40,147 nucleotides of DNA from Thermoproteota archaeon (GTDB taxonomy: Archaea; Korarchaeota; Korarchaeia; Korarchaeales; Korarchaeaceae), in contig JAOZFH010000020.1 of the NCBI GenBank assembly GCA_027491415.1, positions 1 to 40,147 on the forward strand, written 5' to 3'. Each line of letters opens with the position of its first letter. The stretch's first letter is position 1. Positions 9,620 to 20,440 of the stretch are shown piece by piece. The notes beneath the pieces were generated by a model. That model was not told where the DNA came from. It searched no databases and saw only the letters and a program-made list of their open reading frames with translations. The translations under genes were made by a program, and so were the position numbers.

Positions 9620-10576
9620 TCAAATCGCCGGCACCTGCAGGTAACCTGCGGAGAGGACGCAGTACCTCAGGGCCAGCCCGCCGATCAGCACCATGAGGCC
9701 GAGGAGGAGAGCAGTGTAGAGCTTCGACCTCTCGACCTCGTGAGGTCTGCTTAGGTAGCCGAGGATGATCGCGGCCGGTATCAGGAGGCCAACGACCACC
9801 ACTCCCAGGATGAAGACCGGCGCCAGCTCTCCGCTCAGGAGGAGGCTCACGGCCGCAGAGGAGCCGGCGGGGCCGTAGGACTCCACCAGCAGGTAGGTGA
9901 ACAGCACGACGATCTCGAAGAGGATCACGTAGCCGTCTAGCAGCGTCATCCTGTGCAGCGCCTCAGCGACCTCCCCTCCCTCCCCGGTCAGCTTCCCCCT
10001 GGACAGCAGCCACGGGGCCAAGACCACGTCATACGCCGCCAGCCCAGTAGATGCCGCCGAGACCAAGAACAGCAGCGGCAGAGCTGGCGTGTGCCAGAAC
10101 GGCACGGCCTCAACGATCCCTATCAGGATCCCGGTGTATATGGCGACCCCGACGCCCGCGATAGCCGCGAGTCCGCCGAGGAGGTTCATGACCCCCTCTC
10201 CGCTCCACTTGGAGGTGAGCGGCTTCAGAAAGCCGAGCGGGCCCTCCGTCAGCAGGGGTGCCGAGAACAGTACGGCGAACACGGTGAACAGCGTCAGTAG
10301 AAGAGACCCGATTACTATCCAAGAATCGAAGTTCAGCTTGGGACTGGTCAGCACCAGGTAGAACTTCTCCGGGTGCTCGAGGTCGAGGATGAGGGCTAGG
10401 ATGCCAACTATCACCGAGACTATGCCCACCAGCGATCCGGCGGCGACGACCTTTCCGCTCCCCTTCCTCCTCCAGATGAGGTAGGACGCCACGAAGGCCA
10501 TGGACCCGAGTCCACCCAGGAACAGGTAGATTGCTATGAGGGGGCCCCAGAAGGTCTGCCTTATCAACTCATACAT
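9620..10576 (-). CDS. NrfD/PsrC-type membrane anchor subunit
   Basis: Start refined to ATG 10576 (MYELIRQTFWGPLIAIYLFLGG); DLEHPEKF, SWIVIG, YTGIL, PFWHTPALPLLFLVSA, LRYCVL. Confidence 0.92.
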   Translation of the reverse strand: MYELIRQTFWGPLIAIYLFLGGLGSMAFVASYLIWRRKGSGKVVAAGSLVGIVSVIVGILALILDLEHPEKFYLVLTSPKLNFDSWIVIGSLLLTLFTVFAVLFSAPLLTEGPLGFLKPLTSKWSGEGVMNLLGGLAAIAGVGVAIYTGILIGIVEAVPFWHTPALPLLFLVSAASTGLAAYDVVLAPWLLSRGKLTGEGGEVAEALHRMTLLDGYVILFEIVVLFTYLLVESYGPAGSSAAVSLLLSGELAPVFILGVVVVGLLIPAAIILGYLSRPHEVERSKLYTALLLGLMVLIGGLALRYCVLSAGYLQVPAI

Positions 10577-10581
10577 TCGGA

Positions 10582-11157
<576 letters not shown>

Positions 11158-11161
11158 CTCC

Positions 11162-13708
11162 TCATCCCACCCTGTAGACCCTCACCACCGCGTCTTGGTC
11201 GGCTGAGGAGCCAGACGGATCACTGTAGTTGGCGTAAACCGGCTTTATAGCCCCGTCGGCTGGTGCGAAGCCGTGGGACGACATGAACGGCGAGAGCTGG
11301 GCCAGCCCGTGCGGGACGAAGACGCAGCCCGGCCTGATCATGTTGGTCACGTGGACTCTGCCCTTCACCCTCGCCGGCGACGCCTCTACGAACTCCCCGT
11401 CCCCGGGGCTGTAGAAGCACCTGACGGCCTCGACGATCACCTCGTCTCCCTCCGTCACGCCCAACCTCGCGGCGGCCTCTGGGTGCAGCCAGATCCTGTT
11501 GGCGTGGTGCTTCTCGAGAACCCACCTAACGGCCTCGACGTTGACATTCTTGGCGTGCCTGTTCATGGCGAACACGCTGGAGACGAGGATGAACTCGCCG
11601 TCTCCCAGATCCCCGACGGTGAACTCGTCGCGCCAGGTCGGCAGCGGGTTGTATCCGTTCTCCAGGAGCATGATCGGGTAGATCTCGATCTTCCCGCTCG
11701 CTGTGCCGATCGAGGAGAGGTACTTGGGCTTCCACTCGACGCTGATCACCTTCTTTTCCCTGAGCTCGTCCAGCGTGATCTGAACGCCGTACTTCTTCGA
11801 GTAGGACTCTATCTGCCTCTGTAGCTTCTCATCCTTGGAGATCACCATGGACTCCGGCAGATACTCGGCCTTGAGGGTCTCCTCATCGATGCCGAGCTTG
11901 GCCCCTATCCTGAAAGCCAGCTCCTTGAATATGGAGCTGTTGCCCTTCGTGTCCGGGAACGGGTCGGAGACGCCCTCTATCCAGTTGATCCTGGCGGTTA
12001 TGTCGAAGGACTTGGAGAACCCTATGCCGCTTGAGCTGTAGAAGGTCCTGTCGGGCAGGACGTAGTCGGCCAGGGTGGCCATCTCGTCCGGGTAGATGTT
12101 GATGTTCACCACGATGCCCCCGTTCTCGACGACGTGCCTGATCGCCTCCTCGACGAGCCTGTAGTTCATGGTGGACGCGAGGCTCTGGGCGGCTATGATC
12201 AGCACCTTGACAGGGTAGGGGTCGTCGTGGAGGATGTTGTACCAAACCTTCTGGTAGAGGCCCTCCTTGGTGTATTTGTGGTAGACGGAGAACCTCTCGC
12301 CCTCGTCGATGATCTTGCCCCTGTACTCGTCGGGTATCGGGTACAGCGTGGCGAAGCTCTTCTTGGCCTTGGTGCTCACGACCTTGGCGATCGCCCCCTT
12401 CGCCGTCCTGTTGAAGACCCACCCTCCCCTGACCTCCACGTTTCCGGTCAGCGCCATCAGGATGGCGGCCGCCTTCAGGGCCTCGACTCCCTGACCTCTG
12501 TTCGGCCCGAGGCCGCCGTCCCTCTTCCAGTAGGGGATGCAGGCGGGCTTGGTGAACGCGAACTCCCTGGCTATCTCCACTATCTTCTCCGCGGGAACTC
12601 CGCTCTTCTCCGAGGCCCACTCTGGGGTGTACTGGCTCACGCCGTCCGCGATGAACTTCAGGGCGGTCTTGACGGCCCTGCCCTCGTGCTCGCCATTCCA
12701 CATCAGGGCCGGCCTCATCGCCTCGTCCGCTGGGACGACGGAGCCGGAGGCCTCGTCGTACACGAGGAACCTGCCCTCATCGTCCTTGACGGGTGCCCCG
12801 CTCTGGTCGACCAGGTGCGGGCCGTTGGTGTACTTCCTGACGAACTCCTCGTCGTAGAGCCCCTCGGAGAGGACGACGTTGAGCATCGCCATGAGGACGG
12901 CCGCATCGGTCCCGGGCTTGATGGGTATCCACTCGTCCGCCAGGTTGGCCGTAGCGGAGAGCCTGGGGTCGAACACGATCACCCTGGCCCCCCTCCTCCT
13001 TGCCTCAGCGAACTCCCACACGAACGGGTTCTTCGACTTGCCCGGCATGTCGTGGCCGAACGAGAGGATGAGCTTCGAGTGCTCGAAGTCGGCGATCGGG
13101 AGCCCGCCGCCGAACATGGGCTTTACGACGGCGTCCCGAGTCGAGTGGCAGGTGGTGTGGTGCTTGACCACGTTTGGCGTGCCGATGAGCGAGGCGAGGT
13201 CCTTACCCTTGCCGTGCCCGATGAACACCACCGAATGGGGCCCGAACTCTCGGATGGCCCAGGCTATCTTCTCGGCGATTTCGTCCAGGGCCTGGTCCCA
13301 GGAGACCTCGACCCAGCCGGGGTCCACGACCCCGACCACAGCGCCGTTCTCGTCGTACTTCAGGCCCCTCTCTTGATTCGTCCTTTTGAGGGGCTTCTTC
13401 AGCCTGTCCGGGTCGTAGAGTATCCTGAACGAGGTTCTCCCCTTAATGCACGGTCTGCCGTGGGAGACCCAGTCCCGAGGGTCGCCTTCGATTTTCACGA
13501 TCCTGCCGTCTTCGTTCAGGTGCGCCACCAGTACGCATCCGGCGCCGCAGACGCCGCACTTGATGTACCGAGTCCCTCCGGCCTGCGTGAGGTCCTCCCC
13601 GACCTCGGTGAGGGTCCTCAGGACGGCCCTGCCGGGGCCACTCCCGACCAGGCTGAGCGCCCCGGTCACTCCAGCGGCCTTCAGGAAGCCACGTCTTGTC
13701 ATTCTCAT
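11162..13708 (-). CDS. Tat-exported molybdopterin oxidoreductase catalytic subunit (Psr/Phs/Arr-like, DMSO reductase family)
   Basis: TRRGFLK Tat signal, CGVCGAGC...C Fe-S motif, DPDRLKKPLKR, PIKPGTDAA, C-terminal molydop-binding domain. Substrate cannot be determined by eye. Confidence 0.92.
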   Translation of the reverse strand: MRMTRRGFLKAAGVTGALSLVGSGPGRAVLRTLTEVGEDLTQAGGTRYIKCGVCGAGCVLVAHLNEDGRIVKIEGDPRDWVSHGRPCIKGRTSFRILYDPDRLKKPLKRTNQERGLKYDENGAVVGVVDPGWVEVSWDQALDEIAEKIAWAIREFGPHSVVFIGHGKGKDLASLIGTPNVVKHHTTCHSTRDAVVKPMFGGGLPIADFEHSKLILSFGHDMPGKSKNPFVWEFAEARRRGARVIVFDPRLSATANLADEWIPIKPGTDAAVLMAMLNVVLSEGLYDEEFVRKYTNGPHLVDQSGAPVKDDEGRFLVYDEASGSVVPADEAMRPALMWNGEHEGRAVKTALKFIADGVSQYTPEWASEKSGVPAEKIVEIAREFAFTKPACIPYWKRDGGLGPNRGQGVEALKAAAILMALTGNVEVRGGWVFNRTAKGAIAKVVSTKAKKSFATLYPIPDEYRGKIIDEGERFSVYHKYTKEGLYQKVWYNILHDDPYPVKVLIIAAQSLASTMNYRLVEEAIRHVVENGGIVVNINIYPDEMATLADYVLPDRTFYSSSGIGFSKSFDITARINWIEGVSDPFPDTKGNSSIFKELAFRIGAKLGIDEETLKAEYLPESMVISKDEKLQRQIESYSKKYGVQITLDELREKKVISVEWKPKYLSSIGTASGKIEIYPIMLLENGYNPLPTWRDEFTVGDLGDGEFILVSSVFAMNRHAKNVNVEAVRWVLEKHHANRIWLHPEAAARLGVTEGDEVIVEAVRCFYSPGDGEFVEASPARVKGRVHVTNMIRPGCVFVPHGLAQLSPFMSSHGFAPADGAIKPVYANYSDPSGSSADQDAVVRVYRVG

Positions 13709-13749
13709 TCAGATCACCTCCCCTCTCGTGCCGGGGGGCGGCGCGGCTA

Positions 13750-13850
13750 ATACTGATCAAATATAACTATTGCAAGTAATTTTACCGTTAGAAATAAAAG
13801 GCAGTTATAGAACTATTTTTACGAAAACTACGTAGTTTTAGGTTTTCGTT
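13750..13850. promoter_or_regulatory. AT-rich promoter region of the molybdoenzyme operon with palindromic operator candidate
   Basis: Perfect 16-bp palindrome AAAACTACGTAGTTTT (13824-13839) plus ACGAAAAC/GTTTTCGT inverted repeat (13821-13849). Confidence 0.55.
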
Positions 13851-14316
13851 GATGATGAAGGAGCCGGCTTCTAGCGAACTTATTGGCGCGTCAGGACGTT
13901 ATTCCTACCGGAGAAAACGCGCTAACTTGGCAGATTCCCTTGGGAGTCGCGCTCGAATGAGATAACCCAGTTATACCGAGTCGGAGAGCGATATCCTGGG
14001 GTCCCTGACTGCACCTCTCATGCAAAATTCCCAGTTTAGCGAGACAAGGTTACCCAAGCTTATCGAGGGCTCTCAGAGCGTTAGCAACGATCGCCTTGGG
14101 TGCCGTCGGGGCGGGCCGTTGCCCAACCGCAACGGGACGCCTCCGAAGCACAGCGGGACACATGCTCCGTTACATCGTTCGAGACCTGACGAAGCGGCTT
14201 ATCCTTTGGATTCAAGCGAGCTCATTCCTTTACAGTGACCCACGCCCCCACGACAGCCCCGATCGCCCGGGGGGCGCTTCAATAATTCTCCCCCCTCGTC
14301 TCGGTGGGCGACCGAC

Positions 14317-15678
14317 ATGTGCAGGAGAAGGCTCCACTTGGTGGCGGCGCCGACCCTCTTGGTCGTCACCGTCGGGTTCCTGATCCTCCTCTCGCCGCAG
14401 TTTACAGACGTCAGGGTTGCGATCGGCCTACCGAAGCACCTCCCGGGCTCGAGGTTCAACTCGACCATTGGGGCGGCCGAGATCCTGGCGCCCGGGGAGG
14501 CTGGCGAGGAGTACCTCGGGAGGCTGACCTTCGCATACCACGCGGTCTTCGCAACCCTGCTGTACGCCACCCTCGTGCCGGCGGTCAGAACCCTGGATGA
14601 GCGCCTCAGGAGGTCTATCCTGTCACTTGCCGGCGCCGGAGCCGTGGCAACGGCCCTCGGGGGCTTGGCCTATGCCTACGGCGGCGGGTTCCTCTGGCAC
14701 GGGACCTTCGTGGCGGGCCTTGCGTTCCTCTTCTGCTCCGGCGTCCTCTTCCTGCTCAACCTCAGAACGCCGGACCTGGTCTGGGTCAACCTGGCCGTCA
14801 CGGTCCTCCTGATGATGGTGGGCGGGCTCATCGGCGGCTGGCTGGGATCCAGCTTCATGGAACACAGGCCGGAGTTCCTCGAGGCTCTCGCCAAGGCGAG
14901 GTTCAACCCGGACCTGGCTGAAGAGAACATCTTCTGGAGGGCTCTGACGGCCCACGAGCACGCGATGGTGGCGCTGGCCCTCACGGCGGTCTTCCTCGTG
15001 GGACTGAGCTTCTTGGACGTTCCAGAGACCCGGTCCGGGAGGTGGAGCATGTACTTCGTCTTGGTCGGCCAGGTCCTCACGGCGTCGGCGAGCTTCGCCG
15101 TCTGGTTGGCGGGGAAGGTGGCGCACCTGGTCATTACCCCGGCCGCCCTCCTCCTTGTGGTGGCGACCACTGCCGCCGGCCTCGCGTCCAAGGGTCCGAG
15201 GCACCTCAGGCTTGGGCTCGTCGCCGGGAACCTCGTCCTGTGGGCCTCAGTGATAGTGCCGGGCGCGCTGGTGGCCGCGAGCCTCAGGAAGCCGCTGTTC
15301 TTCGATCCGCCCTTCAGGGACCCAGCCTGGGACTGGGCGGAGCTCGCCTTCAACGTGGGGCACTGGCACATCCTCCTGGGGCTCTGGGGAGCGGTCCTCC
15401 TCTTCGTTTACGCGCACTGGCCCGAGGACCTCACGAGCTCAAGCCTCGCGAGGCTGGCCCTCTGGCTGGCGATGGGTGGGTTCGCCGTCGCAGCCGTCTC
15501 GGTCAACCTGTACATGCTGGCCAACCCGCCGGGCCCGTACAGCCCGAACCCGTACGATAACATCTACCTCAGGTACCTAGTCGAGCCGGGCCTCGTCGCC
15601 ATGTCCCTAGGAGTGGCGCTGGGATACCTCACCCTGCTGGCGAGGGAGTTCGGCCTCGGTCACGAGCCTGAGGACTGA
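14317..15678 (+). CDS. Uncharacterised polytopic membrane protein with several membrane-associated His residues
   Basis: About 12 hydrophobic segments; YHAVF, LWHG, AHEHAM, VAHLV, GHWHIL. Confidence 0.8.
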   Translation: MCRRRLHLVAAPTLLVVTVGFLILLSPQFTDVRVAIGLPKHLPGSRFNSTIGAAEILAPGEAGEEYLGRLTFAYHAVFATLLYATLVPAVRTLDERLRRSILSLAGAGAVATALGGLAYAYGGGFLWHGTFVAGLAFLFCSGVLFLLNLRTPDLVWVNLAVTVLLMMVGGLIGGWLGSSFMEHRPEFLEALAKARFNPDLAEENIFWRALTAHEHAMVALALTAVFLVGLSFLDVPETRSGRWSMYFVLVGQVLTASASFAVWLAGKVAHLVITPAALLLVVATTAAGLASKGPRHLRLGLVAGNLVLWASVIVPGALVAASLRKPLFFDPPFRDPAWDWAELAFNVGHWHILLGLWGAVLLFVYAHWPEDLTSSSLARLALWLAMGGFAVAAVSVNLYMLANPPGPYSPNPYDNIYLRYLVEPGLVAMSLGVALGYLTLLAREFGLGHEPED

Positions 15679-15755
15679 GGTTCGCCGCCCGGCCGCGCGG
15701 CCGGGCGGCCCATGAAAACCCAAACAGAGCCTCGTTCGAGTCGAGCAAACCTTTT

Positions 15756-16520
15756 TTGGCCCCTCAACTCCGCCAGCCTGCCATGCCGGTTCTCCACTCC
15801 TCTGGAGATCACGCCGTCCACTACTTCCGGGATCTGACACCCAAGGGGGCTGTTCAGGCCAACCAGTACGCCGTGGTCGACTCGGGGGAGGCAATGCTCC
15901 TGGACCCGGGCGGGAGGCTGGTGTTCAAGAGGCTCCTCGGCGAGGCTGGTAGGGCGTTCCCAATAGGGCGGCTGAGGGCCGTCTTCGTCTCCCACCAGGA
16001 CCCAGACGTCGTCGCGGCCCTGCCGTCCTGGGTTCTTGTGGCCGGAGACGTGAGGGTCTACGCCCCGGCGGCGTGGACGAGGTTCCTACCCCACATGTTC
16101 TCGGAGAGGCCCGAGTGGGACTTCGTGGTGGAGGTCCCCGACGAGGGCTCGGAGATCCCACTGGGAAAGGTGACCTTGAGGGCCATACCTGCGCACTTCC
16201 TCCACTCGGCGGCCAACTTCTCACTCTATGACCCTGAGTCCAAGATCCTGTTCAGCGGGGATGTTGGGGCGTCGATCATACCGCCGGAGGAGGACTCGGA
16301 CTTTGCGGGCGACTTTGAGTCCCACTTGAGGTACATGGAGGGCTTCCACAGGAGATACATGGCCTCCTCGAGGGCCTGCAGGAGGTGGGTCTCCCTAGTA
16401 AGGGAGCTGGACGTGGAGGTAATCGCGCCCCAGCACGGGGCGATAATAAGGGGGAGGGACAACGTGCAGAGGTTCCTGGACTGGCTGGAGGGACTGGAGT
16501 GCGGCGTCGACCTGCTCTGA
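15756..16520 (+). CDS. MBL-fold di-iron protein (ODP / FprA-N-terminal-like)
   Basis: NQYAV, LLDPGG, SHQDPDV, PAHFLHS, ILFSGDVG, FHRRYM, IAPQHG; no flavodoxin domain. Start may be ATG 15783. Confidence 0.82.
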   Translation: MAPQLRQPAMPVLHSSGDHAVHYFRDLTPKGAVQANQYAVVDSGEAMLLDPGGRLVFKRLLGEAGRAFPIGRLRAVFVSHQDPDVVAALPSWVLVAGDVRVYAPAAWTRFLPHMFSERPEWDFVVEVPDEGSEIPLGKVTLRAIPAHFLHSAANFSLYDPESKILFSGDVGASIIPPEEDSDFAGDFESHLRYMEGFHRRYMASSRACRRWVSLVRELDVEVIAPQHGAIIRGRDNVQRFLDWLEGLECGVDLL

Positions 16521-16550
16521 CTACCACGGTAGGCCGGGGGACGCCGCTGG

Positions 16551-17864
16551 TCACTTCCAGTCCAGTATCCTCCTCTCGCCCTCCAACCTCTTTATGTCCG
16601 TGACATCCTGCACGACCTCCAGCGTGCCGAGGTACCTCCCGTCCCTTCCCCTCACGGGGAAGTAGCGGATGTGGATCAGGCCGTCTCCCCTCCTTATCCA
16701 GAACTCGGCCACGTCCCTCCTGCCGGCCCTGAACTCCTCCAGTATCTTCTCCACGACGTGGACGCTCTTGGGCGGGTGGCACAGCTTAACAGGCCTGCCG
16801 AGCACGGCCTTGGCCCTCGGGAATATCCTGTCCCTGCCGTGAGAGTAGAACCTGACCCTGTCCGACGCGTCGACGAAGGAGACGTCCACCGGAAGGGCGG
16901 AGAATATGGCCTCCACCTCCTCGGGGGAGAGGAAGCCGGTCTCGAACTCCAAGTCCTCGTCTCTCTTCAGGCTGAAGTCCACCGGCCTGGCACCCTTTGA
17001 CGAGAGCAGGGCCCTCACCTCTTGGGGGAGGTTGCTCATCTGCTCCTCCGTGATCTCCGGGCTGACTTGGTGTGGGAGCAGGGGCTCGGCCCTTGGGGCC
17101 CAGCCCTCCTCGGGCTCGACCTTGTAGTACCCGATCTCGTCGTCCATCTCCCTTATCGCGGCCCACTCGCCCTCGGACAGGAGGACCCTCAGGGTCGGGT
17201 AGAGTATGTTGTTCTCCCTGAAGGCCATGTCTACGAGGGCCTTGGACAGCTCCCCAGCTCTCTTCGCCACTAGGGAGGAGAAGGGAGCCCAGTCCGACGG
17301 GTCCTGTTGGACGAGCCGGTTGAGCCCCCTTATCATGTTTCTCACCTGGTCGTGCTTCGTCCACAGCACCCTGGGGACGGCCGTGAGGCCCCGCCTCTCG
17401 ACGTAGGGGAAGACCACCGTCTCGTCCTTAGCGTAGTGCCTCGATACCCCTCTAAGCTCCCTCGCCAGCCCCCTGAGCACCTCCAGGGAGTTCTCCCTCG
17501 CCTCACCCTCCACCATGCCCATCGAGCGTGCGTACAGCCCCAGGACCTCGGCGTCCCTGACTATGTGCTCGTTCTCCCTCAGCCGGGTGTGGAGGGGGTG
17601 GCCGGGCTCGACCTGATCTGGAGACAGGGCACCCGAGACGGCCTCCCTGAAGAGCTCGACGTGGACATCACACAGCCTGGCTATCTCTCGAACGGGGACA
17701 CCCTCGGCGACGAGCTCCTGCTCTATCAGCGGTATCTCCATCGGGCTGACGGACCTCAGTATCTCCTTGAACTTCTCCCTGAGCGAGGACATGTCCTCGC
17801 CCTCGTGGAGCCTCTTCAGGAGCGCCTTGATCTGCTCCTTCCTCTCGCGCATTTCGGCCGCCAA
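16551..17864 (-). CDS. DUF438 + hemerythrin-like + PAS domain protein
   Basis: EIPLIEQEL, LCDVH, GHPLH..REN, HYAKDE..FP, WTKHD, ENNILYP, LPVDVSFVD, LCHPPKS, GTLEVVQD. Confidence 0.88.
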   Translation of the reverse strand: MAAEMRERKEQIKALLKRLHEGEDMSSLREKFKEILRSVSPMEIPLIEQELVAEGVPVREIARLCDVHVELFREAVSGALSPDQVEPGHPLHTRLRENEHIVRDAEVLGLYARSMGMVEGEARENSLEVLRGLARELRGVSRHYAKDETVVFPYVERRGLTAVPRVLWTKHDQVRNMIRGLNRLVQQDPSDWAPFSSLVAKRAGELSKALVDMAFRENNILYPTLRVLLSEGEWAAIREMDDEIGYYKVEPEEGWAPRAEPLLPHQVSPEITEEQMSNLPQEVRALLSSKGARPVDFSLKRDEDLEFETGFLSPEEVEAIFSALPVDVSFVDASDRVRFYSHGRDRIFPRAKAVLGRPVKLCHPPKSVHVVEKILEEFRAGRRDVAEFWIRRGDGLIHIRYFPVRGRDGRYLGTLEVVQDVTDIKRLEGERRILDWK

Positions 17865-18048
17865 ACCGACACCTCTGGGCGGGGATCGGGACCATTGTAT
17901 AAAAATGACTCAAGGATAACGCCCGTGAAATCATTTTATGATCACCGTTATGGCCCACATCTGTGTTAACAATTGTCCCAATTGCGGTTCAGCGGGGAGC
18001 CTGCCCCGGCCTCAGGGGGCTAAACCCTCCACCCAATCGGGGCCCAAC

Positions 18049-19083
18049 TCAGATCAGCCCCAGCCTCTCCAAGATCGCCTGAGTCAGGGCTGCGTCGACC
18101 GCTGGGACTCCCAACACCGTGTAGAGGACCCTTCGGCCGACTCTCTCACCCCTCACGACGTCGGCTAGCTCCAGAACGCGGAACCTCCTGTCCGTGAGCA
18201 TGGTCCGTATCTTCAAGGCGAACGTCGCCGGGCTCGGCATCTTCCTTAGGTCGAGGCTGTCGAACACGTAGGTGTCGAACTTCGAGGCTAGGTTCAGGTC
18301 CAGGGAGTGCTTTCCGACATCGGCGTATATCACCTCCTCCCCGAGCTCCCTCACGAGCCCGGCGGGCATCTTGCCCGGGAGGGAGATGCAGTCCACCACC
18401 ACGTCCGCGCTGAGAGCCTCGTCCAGAGTCTCGCAGGGGACGAGTTCCAGCGCCTCTCCGACCTCGGGGTCGAGTTCGCTGGCCATTTGGGCCAGGCGCT
18501 CCCTGACCGTGTTGAACCTCCCCCTGCTCTTTGCCGCGAGGAGGACCCTGCGGGGCCTGGCCCTCAGCGCGGATAGGGCCAAGATGACCCGCCTGCCGAC
18601 CGCGCCCGTGGAGCCGAGGACGGAGGCTTCGTAATCCCCTCCTGAGCGCCCCCAGGCCGTGACGCAGGCCTCAACGCCCACGGCCGCTATGGAGGCGGTC
18701 CTGAAGTCCGATATCAAGTTCCCCTCCATCACCGCGACCAGCTCGGTCGTCTCGCTATCGAAGACTGCGCACAGGTTCGTGGAGAGCCTCCTCCCCTTGG
18801 CCCTGTTCCTCTCGTTGGCCGCGAAGGAGCGGACGCACGTGTACCTCCCCCAGGCCCCGGCCATGGTCCTGACCTTGGTGGGGTAGTCGGGGTCCGAAGT
18901 CGGCACGTAGATGGAGAGCTTGTCGAAGACCAGCTCCCCCACCCTGGATAGGACCTCCCTGGTGAGGCTGTTGACCCAGCGGAACGTCTCGACCGTGGAG
19001 GACAGCACCTCGGCGACCTGGGAGTCCGAGACGACCGGGACCTCCCCCATAGACAGCCTGACCTTCCGAACCTCTGGGCCCAT
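18049..19083 (-). CDS. Ornithine cyclodeaminase / mu-crystallin family protein (divergent)
   Basis: VFDSET...MEGNLISDFRTAS..AV, Rossmann LGSTGAVG, ADVVV, G...VDAA. Confidence 0.75.
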   Translation of the reverse strand: MGPEVRKVRLSMGEVPVVSDSQVAEVLSSTVETFRWVNSLTREVLSRVGELVFDKLSIYVPTSDPDYPTKVRTMAGAWGRYTCVRSFAANERNRAKGRRLSTNLCAVFDSETTELVAVMEGNLISDFRTASIAAVGVEACVTAWGRSGGDYEASVLGSTGAVGRRVILALSALRARPRRVLLAAKSRGRFNTVRERLAQMASELDPEVGEALELVPCETLDEALSADVVVDCISLPGKMPAGLVRELGEEVIYADVGKHSLDLNLASKFDTYVFDSLDLRKMPSPATFALKIRTMLTDRRFRVLELADVVRGERVGRRVLYTVLGVPAVDAALTQAILERLGLI

Positions 19084-19199
19084 CCGGGCTCACGTCCGGG
19101 CGAACCTCTTAGGCTTGGCGCCCCCACATCGGCGCCGACGGATACGGCCAGAACCCAGGACTGGCAGGTCGCAATCCGGTGCCTCCCGCGCCTCTGGGC

Positions 19200-19546
19200 C
19201 AACCGGCGAGCTCACTCGGTACGACATCCTGGCAATGCGGTACCTGGTTATACAGCTCGTTGAGGCGGCCTCCAGCGCCTGCCTGCACCTGCTCGCGGCC
19301 CAGGGCGAGAGGGCCGAGGGGTACCCAGAGTGCTTCCTCAGGCCCTCTCAAAAGGGGATGATGTCGGATAGCCTGGCCTCGAGGCTGGCGTCGGCCGCCA
19401 AGCTCCGAAACCTCCTCGTCCACAGGTACTGGACGATAGACGACGAGAGAGTATTCGAGGGCGTGAGGGAGGGATTGAGGGACTTCGAGGAGTTCGTCCA
19501 CATCCTAAGGGACATCCTCGATCGCGAGTCAAGGGTCGGGAGGTGA
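19200..19546 (+). pseudogene. HepT/DUF86 HEPN RNase toxin, N-terminally truncated
   Basis: YDILAMRY..IQLVEA...GYPECF...RNLLVHRYWTIDD (Rx4H motif); the sequence upstream of about 19200 does not look like a DUF86 N-terminus. Confidence 0.72.
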
Positions 19547-19550
19547 GGGC

Positions 19551-19965
19551 GTGCCCGGGCCGGGCATCAGGTACCTGGAGGCGACGGAGCAGGAGAGGGG
19601 GAGGCTGGTGGAGGAGCTCAGGAGGGCCCTCGAGGGGGTCAAGAGCGTGGTCTTCGCCTACCTGCACGGGGGCTTCGTCGATAGGGAGTTCTTCCGCGAT
19701 GTGGGCGTGGCGGTCTGGCTGGGGGACCTGGGAGATCGACGCCTGGTGGAGGTGGACCCCCCGGCCCGGCTCGAGGCCAGGCTGGAGGTTCCGATCGACA
19801 TTCGAGTCCTAAACGGGCCCCCCTGCCCTTCAGGTATCACGTCTTCTCGAGGGGCGTGCTCCTGTTTTCTAGGGACGAGACCCTGAGACTCAGGCTGATG
19901 GACGAGAGACCCTGAGACAGTACTTCGACCTCAAGATGCTGAATGAGCTCGCGGGTGGGCGGTGA
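19551..19965 (+). pseudogene. MntA-type minimal nucleotidyltransferase antitoxin, frameshifted
   Basis: FAYLHGGF...RDVGVAV (GS and DxD motifs mutated), IDIRVLN; continues in other frames as LPFRYHVFSRGVLLFSRDE and TLRQYFDLK to TGA 19965. Confidence 0.75.
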
Positions 19966-20032
19966 GGGGGGCTCGTCCCCGATCATCACCACTTTAATTA
20001 TCCCCCCAGAGCAGTTCTGACGGGCGCCCGAG

Positions 20033-20440
20033 TTGGGCAGCCGAGAGGTCTCAGAGGCGCTGAAGAGGAGGGGGGAGGACTTCCTGAGGAGCGCCAAGTA
20101 CAACCTCTCCGTGGGGGCCTACGACCTGTCCGTATTCGACGCGCACCAGGCCGCCGAACTCTACCTGAAGGGGGTCCTCCTCACGCTGGTTGGGACGTAC
20201 CCCAGGACCCATGACCTGATGGAGCTGGTGGAGGACTGGATGGCGGAGGCGTGTGGGGGGGCCGTTGAAGAGTTCTTGTCGGCCTGGGGAGACAGGCTTG
20301 ACCACCTCACCGACGCCTACTTCAGCTCCAGGTACGCGGTGAGAAGCTTCAAGAGAGGCCACGCCGAGGCGTTCATACGCGTCGCGCAGGAGGTGATCGA
20401 GCTTGCCAAGAGGTGTGAGGAAGAGGCTTCAGAGGGCTGA
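20033..20440 (+). CDS. HEPN domain protein (COG2250-type)
   Basis: FLRSA, YDLSVF.AHQAAELYLKG, YPRTHDLMEL, AYFSSRY. Confidence 0.88.
   Translation: MGSREVSEALKRRGEDFLRSAKYNLSVGAYDLSVFDAHQAAELYLKGVLLTLVGTYPRTHDLMELVEDWMAEACGGAVEEFLSAWGDRLDHLTDAYFSSRYAVRSFKRGHAEAFIRVAQEVIELAKRCEEEASEG

Noticed and set aside
12134-13750. Long antisense/shadow ORFs (for example 596-1807 +, 12134-13750 +, 38457-39575 -, 38976-40061 +)
   Set aside because: They overlap well-supported genes and are expected from high-GC codon bias; the translations are low-complexity and Arg/Pro/Gly-rich.
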